DNA of 63,858 bases, counting the filler, from Licmophora abbreviata (taxonomy: Eukaryota), in the NCBI GenBank assembly GCA_900291995.1. It is 11 parts of 11 records of this genome, joined end to end, with 100 filler letters (N's around TTAATTAATTAA, not from the genome) between each part and the next. Parts side by side here need not be neighbours in the genome. Positions count along the whole stretch, not along the records: positions 1 to 6,164 come from OLMU01001344.1; positions 6,265 to 9,730 come from OLMU01001345.1; positions 9,831 to 16,527 come from OLMU01001346.1; 8 more parts are not named here. The stretch is one strand, 5' to 3'. The stretch's first letter is position 1. Each line of letters begins with the position of its first letter. Both the position numbers and the translations under genes were made by a program. This document shows, in pieces, positions 1 through 10,491 of this stretch. A model generated the notes under the pieces. The model searched no databases. It had not been told where the DNA came from and was given only the letters and a program-made list of their open reading frames with translations.

Positions 1-712
1 GGGTCGAAAAGTTTGGGTCCATCGCTCCATCTTCTTCCTTTTGAGCCACTGGTTCACCACCGATCAGAACTCCACAGGAAGGCTCGCGACAGCGAAAGAC
101 TAGCCTCTCGTCGCGATCGGGTAGCGAGCAGTAAAACGTTACCGAAGAACTGAAATCTTCAACACCCCCCTCTTCAACTGTTTCGCCACATTGAAAATCT
201 CGACAGGGCAGACGAAGAGCCGTCGCATCCCCCTGAAAGCGGGAAGCGTTAGCCATGCATGCGGATATACGAGTAGAGACTAGAAGAAGTTCCCGTTATA
301 ATATTTGTAGATACATCAGCTGACGGTGCTCTCTTTTGCGCCGTGTTGTCTGAAGTCTGAACTGTGATGCAACGATGGCTTCCAGTGATGTGTGTGCCGA
401 ATTTTTGTGTGACAAAAGCGAGCCGCGTTTCAGCGGCGCACGCCGCGATATCCTAACTTCTGATACCGGTTCGTGGTATGTGCCGACTATCACATGAGTT
501 AAAGTATCATGAAGAAGTAGCTTATTACCAGCATCTCAACTAAACGTGATGATTGGGATCTCCCTAAGAGCTCATTGGATGCGTTCGAGAGAGCCCCCAA
601 GACCGAGCCACAGCATTTGACAGACTATAGACTTTCGCTCTCCGAGCTACAACGAGAACTCTAGTGAACCGACATACAGTAAAAGCATTGCTGCGTAAAA
701 TTGATGAGTACA

Positions 713-2818
713 CTACATATTTCTTTCATCGATATCGTACATTTCATTGAAAAAGTCGTCTTCTCCTTCATCATCCATCAAGCTTTTGATTTTCAGCGTC
801 CCCCCTGGTGTCAGATGACCATTGATTTCCACCTCCCCACTTCCAGCATATTCCGACACGTTTCGAGCCGGATCGAACTTCTTTTCCTTTGGTTTCCGTT
901 TTCCTCGCCGCTCCTTGACGGCGCGTGAGAGACCGCGTTTTAGTCCCAGTAGATATGTCTTATAGCCCGCCTTGGCTGGTGCGGCACGGGTACCCACGCT
1001 GTCGTACTCGTTTGTGACAGCCTTGGAAGAATGCGAAGGTACAACAATCGGACTGCCCACATCAATGCCCATCGAATTCTTCTTGTTGGGTTTGACGTTT
1101 TCTTTGGACTCTGCGTCGGCGGAAAAATTGGTATCCCGCATTGGAGTCGAGTTGAAGATGTCATCCTCCTCGGGCGATCTAACACCTGAAAGCCCATCCG
1201 GACCGCGAACACCACTGATCGGTTGCTCAGCAGCTTTTTTATTTCGTAGCGCAGGGGTCTTAACAAGAGAGAACCATTTCTCTCGACATTCACTGGCATT
1301 CTTTCCAGGAACGTCGACCGCCACTTCAATCCAGAACGTACTCGACATTGGATCCACATCCGCCTGAGCGTGCTTGAGCGCATCCAACCGTTCCGCTGTC
1401 CAGTCATATATACTTTCCGCATTGCCGAGCTTCTTCCCTTTCTCCACCAGAGACGAGGATGGCAGTGGTTCCCGCGTCGATTTGTTTCGGGTCGCAGTGA
1501 CTTTAAGTGCGATGGGTTCCTGCAGCTTGGTGACGATTGGGCTACTTCCTGAAGGAACCGAGCTTTCCTTTTTTCGTTTGCTTTTCCGATTCATTCGTCG
1601 CTCTACCATTCCATCACATCGAGTTTCAGGGACAGGATCAGCGATTGGTGGCTTCTTGGGCAGCCTTGCGTTCTTGCGTTGTTTATTCTCCGCCAACTCC
1701 GCAATCTCGGGAGAGTATCTTTTAGTCTGAACCTGGCGACGAGACGATCGTCGCTTTTCTACTTCATCTTCCACTCTAGTTTTCGTGGTAGTATCAGCAG
1801 TTGGAAGAGGTTGGACCACGACTTGAACTTCGAGAGCGTTCGATCGGGTTTTTGCATCCGTACTCTTTGCCTTGAGGGCACGCTTTGCTACAGATTCTGT
1901 CTTCGAAATCTTCTTTGCTTTCGACTCTTCGTTCCCTGAGCCTCTACTGCCACCAGATCCCATAACAGCCTCAACGATATTTCGATCTATAGCTTGTGAT
2001 TCAGTCACCGCTTTCATCGGTGTGGGTTTCGTGTTGGCGCGTTTCGTCGGCGGCCTTGCTGGGGAAGGCGACGGCGAGACGATGTCAACCTTTCGATCTT
2101 GACGACTGTTCTTTTGTTGTCGGGTCCGACCCACTGTCGGTACAAGACCTTCTCCTCCGAGCAATGCTAACGATGAGTCCTGTCGGCGTGCCTGGGCCGT
2201 TTTGGAAGGTACGGCAGATGCCTTCTTGTCCGTATTCCGTGATCGCTTACTCCTTCCAAGGACGTCTGCTGGAGGAAAGGCCGAAACCAACTCTTGCATT
2301 ACACTGCTCCGACAATGAGCAAATTTTACCTTGCGGTGTTTCTTGGAAACGCGTGATTGTTTCGTGCTTGCTCGTTTGTTCTTGGGGCGATGCGATTGAT
2401 GTTCACTGTGACTGGTCACCACACTCCCGCTTCTGCTAGTTGCATGTGACACTCTGGATGCAGTCGACTTGATGGAGCCGGAAGAGAATGAAAAGAGAGA
2501 CATCAGTCCCGCAGCATTCTGGTAGGCTCGAGGTGGCGCGGTCTTGATCGAGCGAGAAGTTTGCTGTGTCAAAGTGGAGTTGAGATCTACCAAAACGGAA
2601 CTTTTGTTTGAGGCAACTCTGCTTTTCGATGCATCCTTGCGGCGCTTGTCGCGTTGCTTAGTAGCTCCTAATGTAGCCAGTGACCCGCCGTCGAGGTTTC
2701 CAAGAGCACGGCGAAGAGAGGAAGATGAGGTGACACTCTTTGTCTCGACCACCGTCTCATTGGTCGGGAACAACACGCGACGAAGTTGATTTCCGACCTG
2801 CATGCTGGAAGATGTCAT
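713..2818 (-). CDS. SANT/Myb-domain protein, KNL2/M18BP1-like candidate
   Basis: 701-aa ORF. Long basic low-complexity N-terminus, a single SANT repeat (WTAERLDALKHAQADVDPMSSTFWIEVAVDVPGKNASECREKWF), then DDIFNSTP and an acidic tail. The SANT call is solid; orthology is inference. Confidence 0.6.
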   Translation of the reverse strand: MTSSSMQVGNQLRRVLFPTNETVVETKSVTSSSSLRRALGNLDGGSLATLGATKQRDKRRKDASKSRVASNKSSVLVDLNSTLTQQTSRSIKTAPPRAYQNAAGLMSLFSFSSGSIKSTASRVSHATSRSGSVVTSHSEHQSHRPKNKRASTKQSRVSKKHRKVKFAHCRSSVMQELVSAFPPADVLGRSKRSRNTDKKASAVPSKTAQARRQDSSLALLGGEGLVPTVGRTRQQKNSRQDRKVDIVSPSPSPARPPTKRANTKPTPMKAVTESQAIDRNIVEAVMGSGGSRGSGNEESKAKKISKTESVAKRALKAKSTDAKTRSNALEVQVVVQPLPTADTTTKTRVEDEVEKRRSSRRQVQTKRYSPEIAELAENKQRKNARLPKKPPIADPVPETRCDGMVERRMNRKSKRKKESSVPSGSSPIVTKLQEPIALKVTATRNKSTREPLPSSSLVEKGKKLGNAESIYDWTAERLDALKHAQADVDPMSSTFWIEVAVDVPGKNASECREKWFSLVKTPALRNKKAAEQPISGVRGPDGLSGVRSPEEDDIFNSTPMRDTNFSADAESKENVKPNKKNSMGIDVGSPIVVPSHSSKAVTNEYDSVGTRAAPAKAGYKTYLLGLKRGLSRAVKERRGKRKPKEKKFDPARNVSEYAGSGEVEINGHLTPGGTLKIKSLMDDEGEDDFFNEMYDIDERNM

Positions 2819-3297
2819 TCTTGTGTAGAGAAGCGCGTCGAGAAATATTCAAAGCGAGGTGAATGGGATGGGGGGCAACAGCAGCAACCACTACAAGCGA
2901 ATGCGATCGCGTCAACGTTCATTTTCAGGTTTCCCGTCAAAATGTGACCGTTTTTTGGGCTCCAAAACCAATTCGGCGATTGACAATTCTCTGAGAACAC
3001 CAAAAATTGGATTTAGGTTATTCGAGTACGTACATAGATATAAATCGAAATCTTTCTTTTCGCTTTTCGTGTTCCCACGTCATCATGGCATTCATCATTC
3101 ATCACATCATCAGCTCATCAGCTCCGTCTTCGCTGTTTTACAGGATGTTCAATGTGACTGCGACCCGATCGACGCAAGGCTGAACAACAACATAGGTCCT
3201 GCCCCGCGTGCTTTGCGAGCCTCTGCTGTCGACGCAAGTAGTCTTTCTGTCCTCCTGCGCTCGAGAGACCGAAGTTTCCAGAGAACAAGCGAGCACG

Positions 3298-4046
3298 ATG
3301 CTCCGAAACACTGCACAACGGACCTTACTGCGACAGTCAACGATAATAAGGGGTCGGCCGAACGCGACCAGATCAAGGATTACTTTCTCTGCTTCGCTGC
3401 CCCTGTCTCGAAACTTTCAGTCTACTGGTAAGACCTGTCTCCCCTACTGATGTCGCGTTGTCAAGCTCGCGTCCCTCACCCTGCCGCTTCGTCACCTCTT
3501 TATTTCATCTCAAGGCGCACGCATGACGGCAAAGACGGTTCCGGTGATATACGTTGACGCAGGTGGAGAAGAAAAAGAAGTACAGGCAGAGGTGGGAAAG
3601 AATCTATTAGATATTGCCCACGACAATGACATAGAACTGGAAGGTGGGCACAGAGATATTTTGATGTCGTGGACTGTGACTGTGGTTGTTGAAACTTTCG
3701 TTGCTCACCTACTTGCAACTTGCAACTTGCTGGCCCACAGGTGCCTGTGGGGGTGAATTGGCCTGCGCGACATGTCACCTGATCTTTGAACAAGAAATGT
3801 ACGATACGTTACCGGAGAAGGATCCGGAGGAGGACGATATGCTGGATCTTGCTTTTGAATTGACCGAAACGTAAGCGTACGAAAGACGGAGGCTGTATGT
3901 ATGTGTGTGTGGCATGGAATGGACAGATAACATGAGCTAATGTTGCGTTCCACTGTGAACTCTGTAGATCACGACTGGGATGTCAAATATGTGTTCGAGA
4001 AGACATGGCCGGCATGAAAGTACGGATTCCAGACGATGGCTTTTGA
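3298..4046 (+). CDS. Mitochondrial adrenodoxin-type [2Fe-2S] ferredoxin, 4 exons
   Basis: Arg-rich presequence [13 protein letters not shown]... from ATG 3298. GT-AG introns at 3428-3514, ~3644-3740 and ~3871-3967 join [15 protein letters not shown]...[21 protein letters not shown]. Stop TGA at 4044-4046. Confidence 0.93.
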
Positions 4047-4401
4047 GAGGCTATTTTCGACAGCAGTCCCTGAGGACGTTGATTTGCCCTCGGTGCTGAA
4101 TACCCAAGAACAAAGATAGATCATTTCTAGTACGTTAGGTGCCAGAGTGAGGTCATACTTGGTGGTCTAAATGCTGTATCCACATCGCCCCGCGGCAGAA
4201 AATAGCTCGGAAACTCTACGACTGTCCGTCGTCAGTCTCCCAGAATGTCGGATGTGACATTTCGACATTTCGATCTCGCGATCTCGATGAGAGTCGAGTC
4301 TCGAACCTCACAATGATGAACCGCGAGTCGAGTCGAATCACCTCTCTTATCGTCGCTACTGACCCTCGCTTCATTTCTACAACCTGGATGCGTTGCGGGC
4401 G

Positions 4402-5997
4402 ATGTCCTTTTTCATGTTGACATGTCGGAAAAGTCGATACCTCCGTCCTTTTTGTGGACGCGTGTCGTTTCGCATTGACGCCATGAGTATCATCACAGAT
4501 GATGTCCGTCGCCTGACAAGTTTCGCCTGCAGTAGGCGCCCCCTTTGTCGTCGCCAGCTGGAGTCGAAGATAAGGATAAGATCTTCCTCTGCTCCAAATC
4601 GAAGGAAGCTGGGCGAGAAAATTGGCACAGCTTTCAGCAGCTCCTTGATCGTGACAGACGAAGCACCTTCTTACAAGGTTGCACGAGTGGGCATGGACGG
4701 CAGCATTGAGATGAAGCACTTGCACACGCAGGACATTTTGAAGGAATCCAGTATATGGGCTCGCGATTTGTTCAGTCTTTCATTGACCAGCCGTCACACT
4801 CCGAGTCATCACCGCGGTGACGCCGCCCATCGACGGTCCATTTCGGCCATTCTACCTCGCGGCAGGGAAATTCTGCTTAGTTTTGGCAACATTCGAGCAC
4901 TTGTGGGGATAGAGCAGGTCATGATTTTTGATGCTCATCATATTGCTGTAAAGCAGTTTGCAGATGAAGTGGCAGCTAGCTTTGCAGAACATGAACGAGT
5001 GTCAAACTTGCCCGAAAACATTCGAGAGGCCTTTCCGTGTGCGACGACCTATGAGGCGGAGCCATTCGAGTTGATCTTTATTGAAGAGGTGTTGCGCGAC
5101 ACATGTGATGCCTTCAACAGGCGTATTCATCTGTATGAGCCCATTGTGGACTCCTTCCTGGATCGAGTGTCGAATGAAGTTTTTTCGGATTCGGGTGTGC
5201 ATCAGCTAGTCCCTATCAAGGACTCGCTGCAGTCCTTCGAAATGCAGGTTCGGCAGGGACTCGACTGTCTGACAGAGTTGTTAGACAACGACGACGACAT
5301 GCTTGCTCTCCTACTGACAGCTCGAGCAACAGCGGAGAGCAAGGGGGAGTCCCTGCTCTATGAACAGCACGAAGAAGTTGAGTTACTGCTTGAGGAGTAT
5401 GCGCGGCAACTGAACAACATCCTTTTCGAAATCAACTACTTGCTTCAGCGACTGCAGAGCAAGCAAGAGTTCGTATCATTGGCACTAGCAGGGTACCGAA
5501 ATCGAATGATTCGGATGAATCTCTATATGGGCGTCTTTGGCATCAGTCTGGGGATGGGGACCACGATTGCTGGCTTTTTCGGCATGAATCTCATTAGTGG
5601 CTTTGAAGAGTCCCCTGCGGCGTTCGGAAATGTTATCTTCCTGACAAGCATCACTGGCATGTTGGTCGCAGTGGGTTGCGCCAGCTATGTGAGCGGCAGA
5701 ACGATGCAACACCGAGCCACGCAGCGCTTACAGGAAATCGAAACACTGACCGGCGCGCTAAGTGACATGTGCGCGCTCGACTACACAGTAAAGGACGTGA
5801 TGAGTAGCGGACAGCCATTGGATAAGGAAGAATTCAAACGGCGGCTAGAAATGGCGCGAGCATCTGGAAAAGTGACGGATCGCGAAGCTGACCTCTTGTT
5901 TGAGAACCTGGACACCACAGGAGACGGTCAAATAGCTCACGATGATTTCCCCAGCGCGAGACGACTCGACCAACCACGCAGAGTGAAGTTAAAATGA
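4402..5997 (+). CDS. MRS2: MRS2/CorA-family Mg2+ transporter with C-terminal EF-hand
   Basis: Motifs PFELIFIEEVL, EEVELLLEEY and RNRMIRMNL; GMN signature (FFGMNL) between two TM helices; Arg-rich N-terminus; EF-loop DTTGDGQIAHDD. Confidence 0.9.
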   Translation: MSFFMLTCRKSRYLRPFCGRVSFRIDAMSIITDDVRRLTSFACSRRPLCRRQLESKIRIRSSSAPNRRKLGEKIGTAFSSSLIVTDEAPSYKVARVGMDGSIEMKHLHTQDILKESSIWARDLFSLSLTSRHTPSHHRGDAAHRRSISAILPRGREILLSFGNIRALVGIEQVMIFDAHHIAVKQFADEVAASFAEHERVSNLPENIREAFPCATTYEAEPFELIFIEEVLRDTCDAFNRRIHLYEPIVDSFLDRVSNEVFSDSGVHQLVPIKDSLQSFEMQVRQGLDCLTELLDNDDDMLALLLTARATAESKGESLLYEQHEEVELLLEEYARQLNNILFEINYLLQRLQSKQEFVSLALAGYRNRMIRMNLYMGVFGISLGMGTTIAGFFGMNLISGFEESPAAFGNVIFLTSITGMLVAVGCASYVSGRTMQHRATQRLQEIETLTGALSDMCALDYTVKDVMSSGQPLDKEEFKRRLEMARASGKVTDREADLLFENLDTTGDGQIAHDDFPSARRLDQPRRVKLK

Positions 5998-6164
5998 TGC
6001 TCTCCGAGACATGTGCGTTACCTACACTTTTTCTTGGTTTCATGCATATGCTGTGAAAGTAAAGTAGCGAGAGAGCTGCCATCGGGGATGACGCGTACAA
6101 ATAGGGCTGTTCCAAGCGAAGAACTGAAATCCTCTAGATTTCCTCTGCCTTGATGGTTTTGGTA

Positions 6165-6264
6165 NNNNNNNNNNNNNNNNNNNNNNNNNNNNNNNNNNNN
6201 NNNNNNNNTTAATTAATTAANNNNNNNNNNNNNNNNNNNNNNNNNNNNNNNNNNNNNNNNNNNN
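6165..6264. other. Artificial scaffold linker (first of ten)
   Basis: 44 N + TTAATTAATTAA (stops in all frames) + 44 N. Identical units at 9731-9830, 16528-16627, 28147-28246, 38903-39002, 41293-41392, 50830-50929, 60008-60107, 61416-61515 and 62525-62624. Confidence 0.97.
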
Positions 6265-6274
6265 TTGCGCTTTT

Positions 6275-7156
6275 TTGCAGGCCAAGGCACGACTACAGGC
6301 CCGAGGGAGTACGTTTCGAGGTCCTCTAGACGCACTGACTCGAACGTTTCTTCGAGAAGGGATGACGGGACTCTATCGCGGTTTCGGAGCCGTGATTTTC
6401 GGAGGAACGCCAGGTACAATGGTGTACTTGTGTAGCTATGACATATTCAAGGATCACCTGCGCGCTATCGCAGCACGGCACGGACAGGACGACAGTATTG
6501 GTGGAGACTTTGCAGTCCACTTTGGGGCTGGAATGGCGGCTGAGACTGTTGCCTGCATAATTTACGTTCCAGTAGATGTTGTGAAGGAGAGACTGCAAGT
6601 TCAGAATGTTCAACTGACGACAAATTCATCGATTCACTATCGAAACAGTTGGGACGCACTGACACAGATCGTTCGGGCCGAGGGACTATGGGGTATATAT
6701 CGAGGGTACGGAGCTACACTGGCTTCATTTGGTCCCTTTTCAGCTCTTTACTTTGTTTTCTATGAGCGATTCAAAGCCTGGTCACGACAGCAGTCACGAA
6801 TAACAGACGAATCAATCGACAACAATGCAGAAATCTCGTTTCCCCACCTGGTACTCTGCAGCAGCACTGCTGGAGCGTTGGCGTCGTATCTAACTGCGCC
6901 TCTAGATATGGCCAAGCTGAGGTTGCAGATCCAACGTGGTACAGCTGCTAGCAACCAGAACGCTTCCAGTCAGGTCATGTACCGAGGAGTCGTGGACTGT
7001 CTGCAAACAGCCTATCGACAAGACGGCATCCGCGGTCTGTTTCGAGGGGCAGGAGCCCGCGTCTTGCACTTTGCCCCAGCGACGACACTCACCATGACGT
7101 GCTATGAGACGTTTCGCTCCTTCTTTGCTCAAAACCTGTCGAATCATACCGCATAA
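6275..7156 (+). CDS. Mitochondrial carrier (SLC25) protein, 5'-truncated by gap
   Basis: PxD/ExxK signatures (VPVDVVKERLQ, APLDMAKLRLQ) and three GLYRG/GIYRG/GLFRG repeats. First exon lost in the gap. Substrate not assignable. Confidence 0.92.
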   Translation: MQAKARLQARGSTFRGPLDALTRTFLREGMTGLYRGFGAVIFGGTPGTMVYLCSYDIFKDHLRAIAARHGQDDSIGGDFAVHFGAGMAAETVACIIYVPVDVVKERLQVQNVQLTTNSSIHYRNSWDALTQIVRAEGLWGIYRGYGATLASFGPFSALYFVFYERFKAWSRQQSRITDESIDNNAEISFPHLVLCSSTAGALASYLTAPLDMAKLRLQIQRGTAASNQNASSQVMYRGVVDCLQTAYRQDGIRGLFRGAGARVLHFAPATTLTMTCYETFRSFFAQNLSNHTA

Positions 7157-7171
7157 CACATACCACCTACT

Positions 7172-8281
7172 TTAAGGAATGGCGTGCACCTGCTCGTGTG
7201 CAAGCTTCCAGCGCGTGGACTCTCGTATTCTTTGCAAGGCCGTATCCATAGTGACTGTCGAGTACGCTGTGCCCTTGCTATTCATCCCACACACCTCGAT
7301 TCGCATTTGGGTTTCTTGTTGGCCAACGGACGTGTTTGGAGCAATTCCAAACTCATTCCAGCCCAGCTGGTGACTGATAAACAGGGACACACCAACAAAT
7401 CGCTCTCGTGCTCGAAATCCAAGCTGATTTCGCGAAACGAGAAGGCCGGCAGTGTTAACTTTGACCTCTGGTATCCACCAGTCCTCGTCGAGCCTGGTGG
7501 GAATCGATGACCTCCCGTGGCCAGAATCGTTGACGCGTGCTGTAGAATGTTGCCCTTGTCGAGTCAGCAAGGACTTCCAGACCAAATCGAGTCGTCGATG
7601 GACTGGCGCGACGAGAGCTAGCTCTCCTGTTCCACGTCTGTTAAGAGTCACCGAGACTTTTGGGAGAACGACTGCTTTCGTCACATCCCATGCAATATCC
7701 ATCCCTACAGCTTGGTCGCCCCTGGCTTCCGGTAACAGTCCTTGCTCTGCTCGTAGTGTCACTGTCATTGGTCGAAAAAGAAATCTAGTAGCGCCATCAG
7801 TGTTCTTGCGACGAGCTGTCCATTGCAACTTTCCAATCATACGGGTAGCACCATACCAAGCCTTCATAAAATCGAATTGAATTGTGGTGTGCAAGGAAGG
7901 CCATAATGAGCTGTCTCGTCCCGTTAGAAATAGTGGATGGAGAGATCCTGAGTTCTCTTCGTCGTGGGGTTGGTTCGGAGCCGAGACGAGAAGATGGTAC
8001 TGGCCTGATAGATCCACCTTTATCCGCCCTTTCTCTTTGTTTCGTGTCCCTGAATACGATTTCAATCCTCCAGTTGTAGAGCCTCGCTCTTCTTCGACCC
8101 CAAGAGATCTGCGAAGCCACGGACTATTGAGATTTAGATTGACTGCTGCCGCACGTCCGAGCGGCCGACGAAAACCAAAATAGACAAGGACTAAGAAGCA
8201 TGCCAACCTCATTCTCTCATCGGCATGCACAGTCTCTCTTCTCTGTGAGCGACGCGAGCACGCCATGCGTCTGTGATCCAT
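7172..8281 (-). CDS. Hypothetical protein with hydrophobic N-terminal segment and beta-strand-rich body
   Basis: Long uninterrupted ORF. Possible signal peptide MRLACFLVLVYFGF (alternative ATG at 8212). No family recognised. Confidence 0.6.
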   Translation of the reverse strand: MDHRRMACSRRSQRRETVHADERMRLACFLVLVYFGFRRPLGRAAAVNLNLNSPWLRRSLGVEEERGSTTGGLKSYSGTRNKEKGRIKVDLSGQYHLLVSAPNQPHDEENSGSLHPLFLTGRDSSLWPSLHTTIQFDFMKAWYGATRMIGKLQWTARRKNTDGATRFLFRPMTVTLRAEQGLLPEARGDQAVGMDIAWDVTKAVVLPKVSVTLNRRGTGELALVAPVHRRLDLVWKSLLTRQGQHSTARVNDSGHGRSSIPTRLDEDWWIPEVKVNTAGLLVSRNQLGFRARERFVGVSLFISHQLGWNEFGIAPNTSVGQQETQMRIEVCGMNSKGTAYSTVTMDTALQRIRESTRWKLAHEQVHAIP

Positions 8282-8535
8282 GGCAGATATCGATGATGAT
8301 GGCAACCACACAGCGTGCCGATGAAACGGGTGTCAATTTTCAATTCAGTTCCAACCTCACGCGCGCGAGCTCCTCTGCGCGACTTCGCGCGATTCGTTTG
8401 ACGCGAAACAAAACGTTGAGAAAAAGTTGACTGACGCGCCATTCAACACATCATCAGTCGACACAGAGTCTCTTGACACCGCATCATACTGCAGCAGCAC
8501 TGTCTGGAAGGCATTCTTGTCCTGCACCTTGCGCT

Positions 8536-9509
8536 ATGATGAAGATCGTTACCGGTTTGATTGCGATTGCCGAGCTTTGCTGCCTCGGCACCAGGGCTTT
8601 CTCCCCGACTGTCACGCTACGATCATCGCGAGGATACTACGACGCTTCTCACTACTTGTCCATGACCAGCATGGACGAAATGCAAGTCGATGAGAGCAAC
8701 GTTTCCAGCAACAGAATGAGTCGCCGGTCTCTCCTGTCTGTTGCAGCAGCTTCGGTCAGTGTTCTCACTACTGGTCTTCCCGCGGAGGCTCGCTTGGAGT
8801 CTGTGAATCGCCCTGACTTGCTTCCGAAGGAGAGCGGAGTGAATGTGATTCAGGTGGAAAAGTTTCTTACATCGGGACAAGCGAAACGCATGAATGACTT
8901 GCTGGCTACATTGGAACGAGACACAGGCTTTCGAGTGCGCGTCCTATGCCAGTCCTATCCCAACACTCCCGGCCTTGCCATCCGAGGTGCGTAGTTGTAG
9001 TCGCGAGACGTGTTTGTTGGAGTGAGAAAAAGGAGCGCTTGCGCAGTCTAACTTGTTCCTGTTGCTCTCGAACATTTACAGATTACTGGGATCTTGGTAA
9101 GGAAGGGCAAAAGGATGACAAATATATCGTCTTGGTAGTGGACCAGTTTGGGGGTCGCGGTACGTGTTGTTGTTCATGTGTGAGCGACTGAGTGCGGAGC
9201 AAGGTGAACTGGCTGGCAGGATATCTCAAATTTCTGGATTTCGCTCATCTTCATCCATTTCTACTACTGCTATCAGGCAACGTCTTGAACTTTAATGTCG
9301 GCGATGGAGTCAAGTTCGCACTTCCGAATGTGTTTTGGACTCGTCTCTCGTCCAAGTATGGGACAACGTTCTACGTTCGAGACAACGGCATTGATCTCGC
9401 CATTACGAATGCGATTGAGGCGATTGTTAGCTGCTTGCGTTCCGAAGATGCCTACTGCGTTAACGTACCGGATCAGGGACAGAGTCTGCGAAGTCTCGGA
9501 ATGGCATAG
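8536..9509 (+). CDS. Thylakoid-lumen TPM-domain protein (15 kDa lumenal protein-like), 3 exons
   Basis: Signal + RAFSP motif, twin-arginine SRRSLL and AEA cleavage site. Mature RLESVNRPDLLP...YPNTPGLAIRDYW...GNVLNFNVG...FWTRLSSKYG. Introns ~8987-9081 and ~9160-9276. Confidence 0.85.
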
Positions 9510-9852
9510 ACACCAGAGATAGGCCAGGCTAGGTAAATATAGACGGAGGTAGAGTATCATCGTACTTTCAACTTGAGACCCAGAAAAACAATCGTAGTTC
9601 ATTGAGCTCGCGAGCTCGCAGCAACGCATTTGTGTTTCGCGAGACGCGACGAGAGGCCCAAAACTAAGAGTTGCATCATCAGCGACGAGAGGGTACTGTT
9701 GGCACTCGTCGCTCCCTTTTCCGCCTTGTANNNNNNNNNNNNNNNNNNNNNNNNNNNNNNNNNNNNNNNNNNNNTTAATTAATTAANNNNNNNNNNNNNN
9801 NNNNNNNNNNNNNNNNNNNNNNNNNNNNNNAGCTTCACTTGTTGTCTTTCAA

Positions 9853-10321
9853 ATGATTCATGTACCTTCCTTTCTCGCAGGGGCCACCACCGTGGGAGCT
9901 GGATTTCTTCTACTTCATCAAGAACTTTCACATCGCAGTCGACTCTCAAAACGATGGGCTTTGCGAGGTGAGTATGCTCGTTGAGAAGGCAATTACAGAG
10001 GCCACGCCGCTGATGTGACCTTAGAGGCGCTCACAGGTTATTTTTTCAAAACTCCATCGACACAGAACGTGCCGAGGCAAAGCTTAAAGAGCTCACAAGA
10101 GAGGCGAGCCCGGCTTCGACTGAGGCTATTCAAAAGGTACACGAACACGTGTGTTTGCAGTGTGATTACGACTCGCTGACTTTTTAGGACCCTCGTAGGT
10201 AACAAAGTCTCCTCCCCTCTTCGGCCTCTTTCTTCCACCGTAGTTCTCTGTCAACGGTCTGACTCAAAGTTGGAATAACAGTATCAAGCAGATTCAGGAG
10301 GCGGTGAGAAGAGATGACTGA
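9853..10321 (+). CDS. 87-aa membrane protein, MICOS Mic12/MIC13-like candidate, 3 exons
   Basis: Exons 9853-9967, 10066-10136 and 10244-10321 are phase-compatible GT-AG and give MIHVPSFLAGATTVGAGFLLLHQELSHR...LTQSWNNSIKQIQEAVRRDD. N-terminal small-residue TM segment plus C-terminal WN motif. Confidence 0.6.
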
Positions 10322-10491
10322 GTCGAGATGTTGGTCGATCGTCTCAATAGGCGAGAGCACCCATCGGGAGTACAATATCTGGTACTCGTCGTGAGAAGAC
10401 CGGCATTTATTTGAACGAGATGTGATCACGAGTAGATACTAGAAACAATCTACACTAGAATGCATTTGGACGTGCCAAGATTGTTTTTCCT

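Noticed and set aside
1..30. Possible minus-strand gene start MERWTQTFRP at the window edge
   Set aside because: Only ten codons visible; cannot be supported.
2848..2853. CHR-like TTTGAA and E2F-like motifs upstream of the SANT, coiled-coil and Dicer genes
   Set aside because: Six- to eight-mers are expected by chance; no conservation data available.
6209..6220. Recurrent palindrome TTAATTAATTAA as a biological repeat or CRISPR-like element
   Set aside because: Always centred in exactly 44+44 N; it is a synthetic all-frame stop linker.
3298..10321. Apparent cluster of mitochondrial genes (ferredoxin, MRS2, carrier, Mic12-like)
   Set aside because: Interrupted by unrelated genes and two gaps; no shared pathway or motif seen; chance is plausible.
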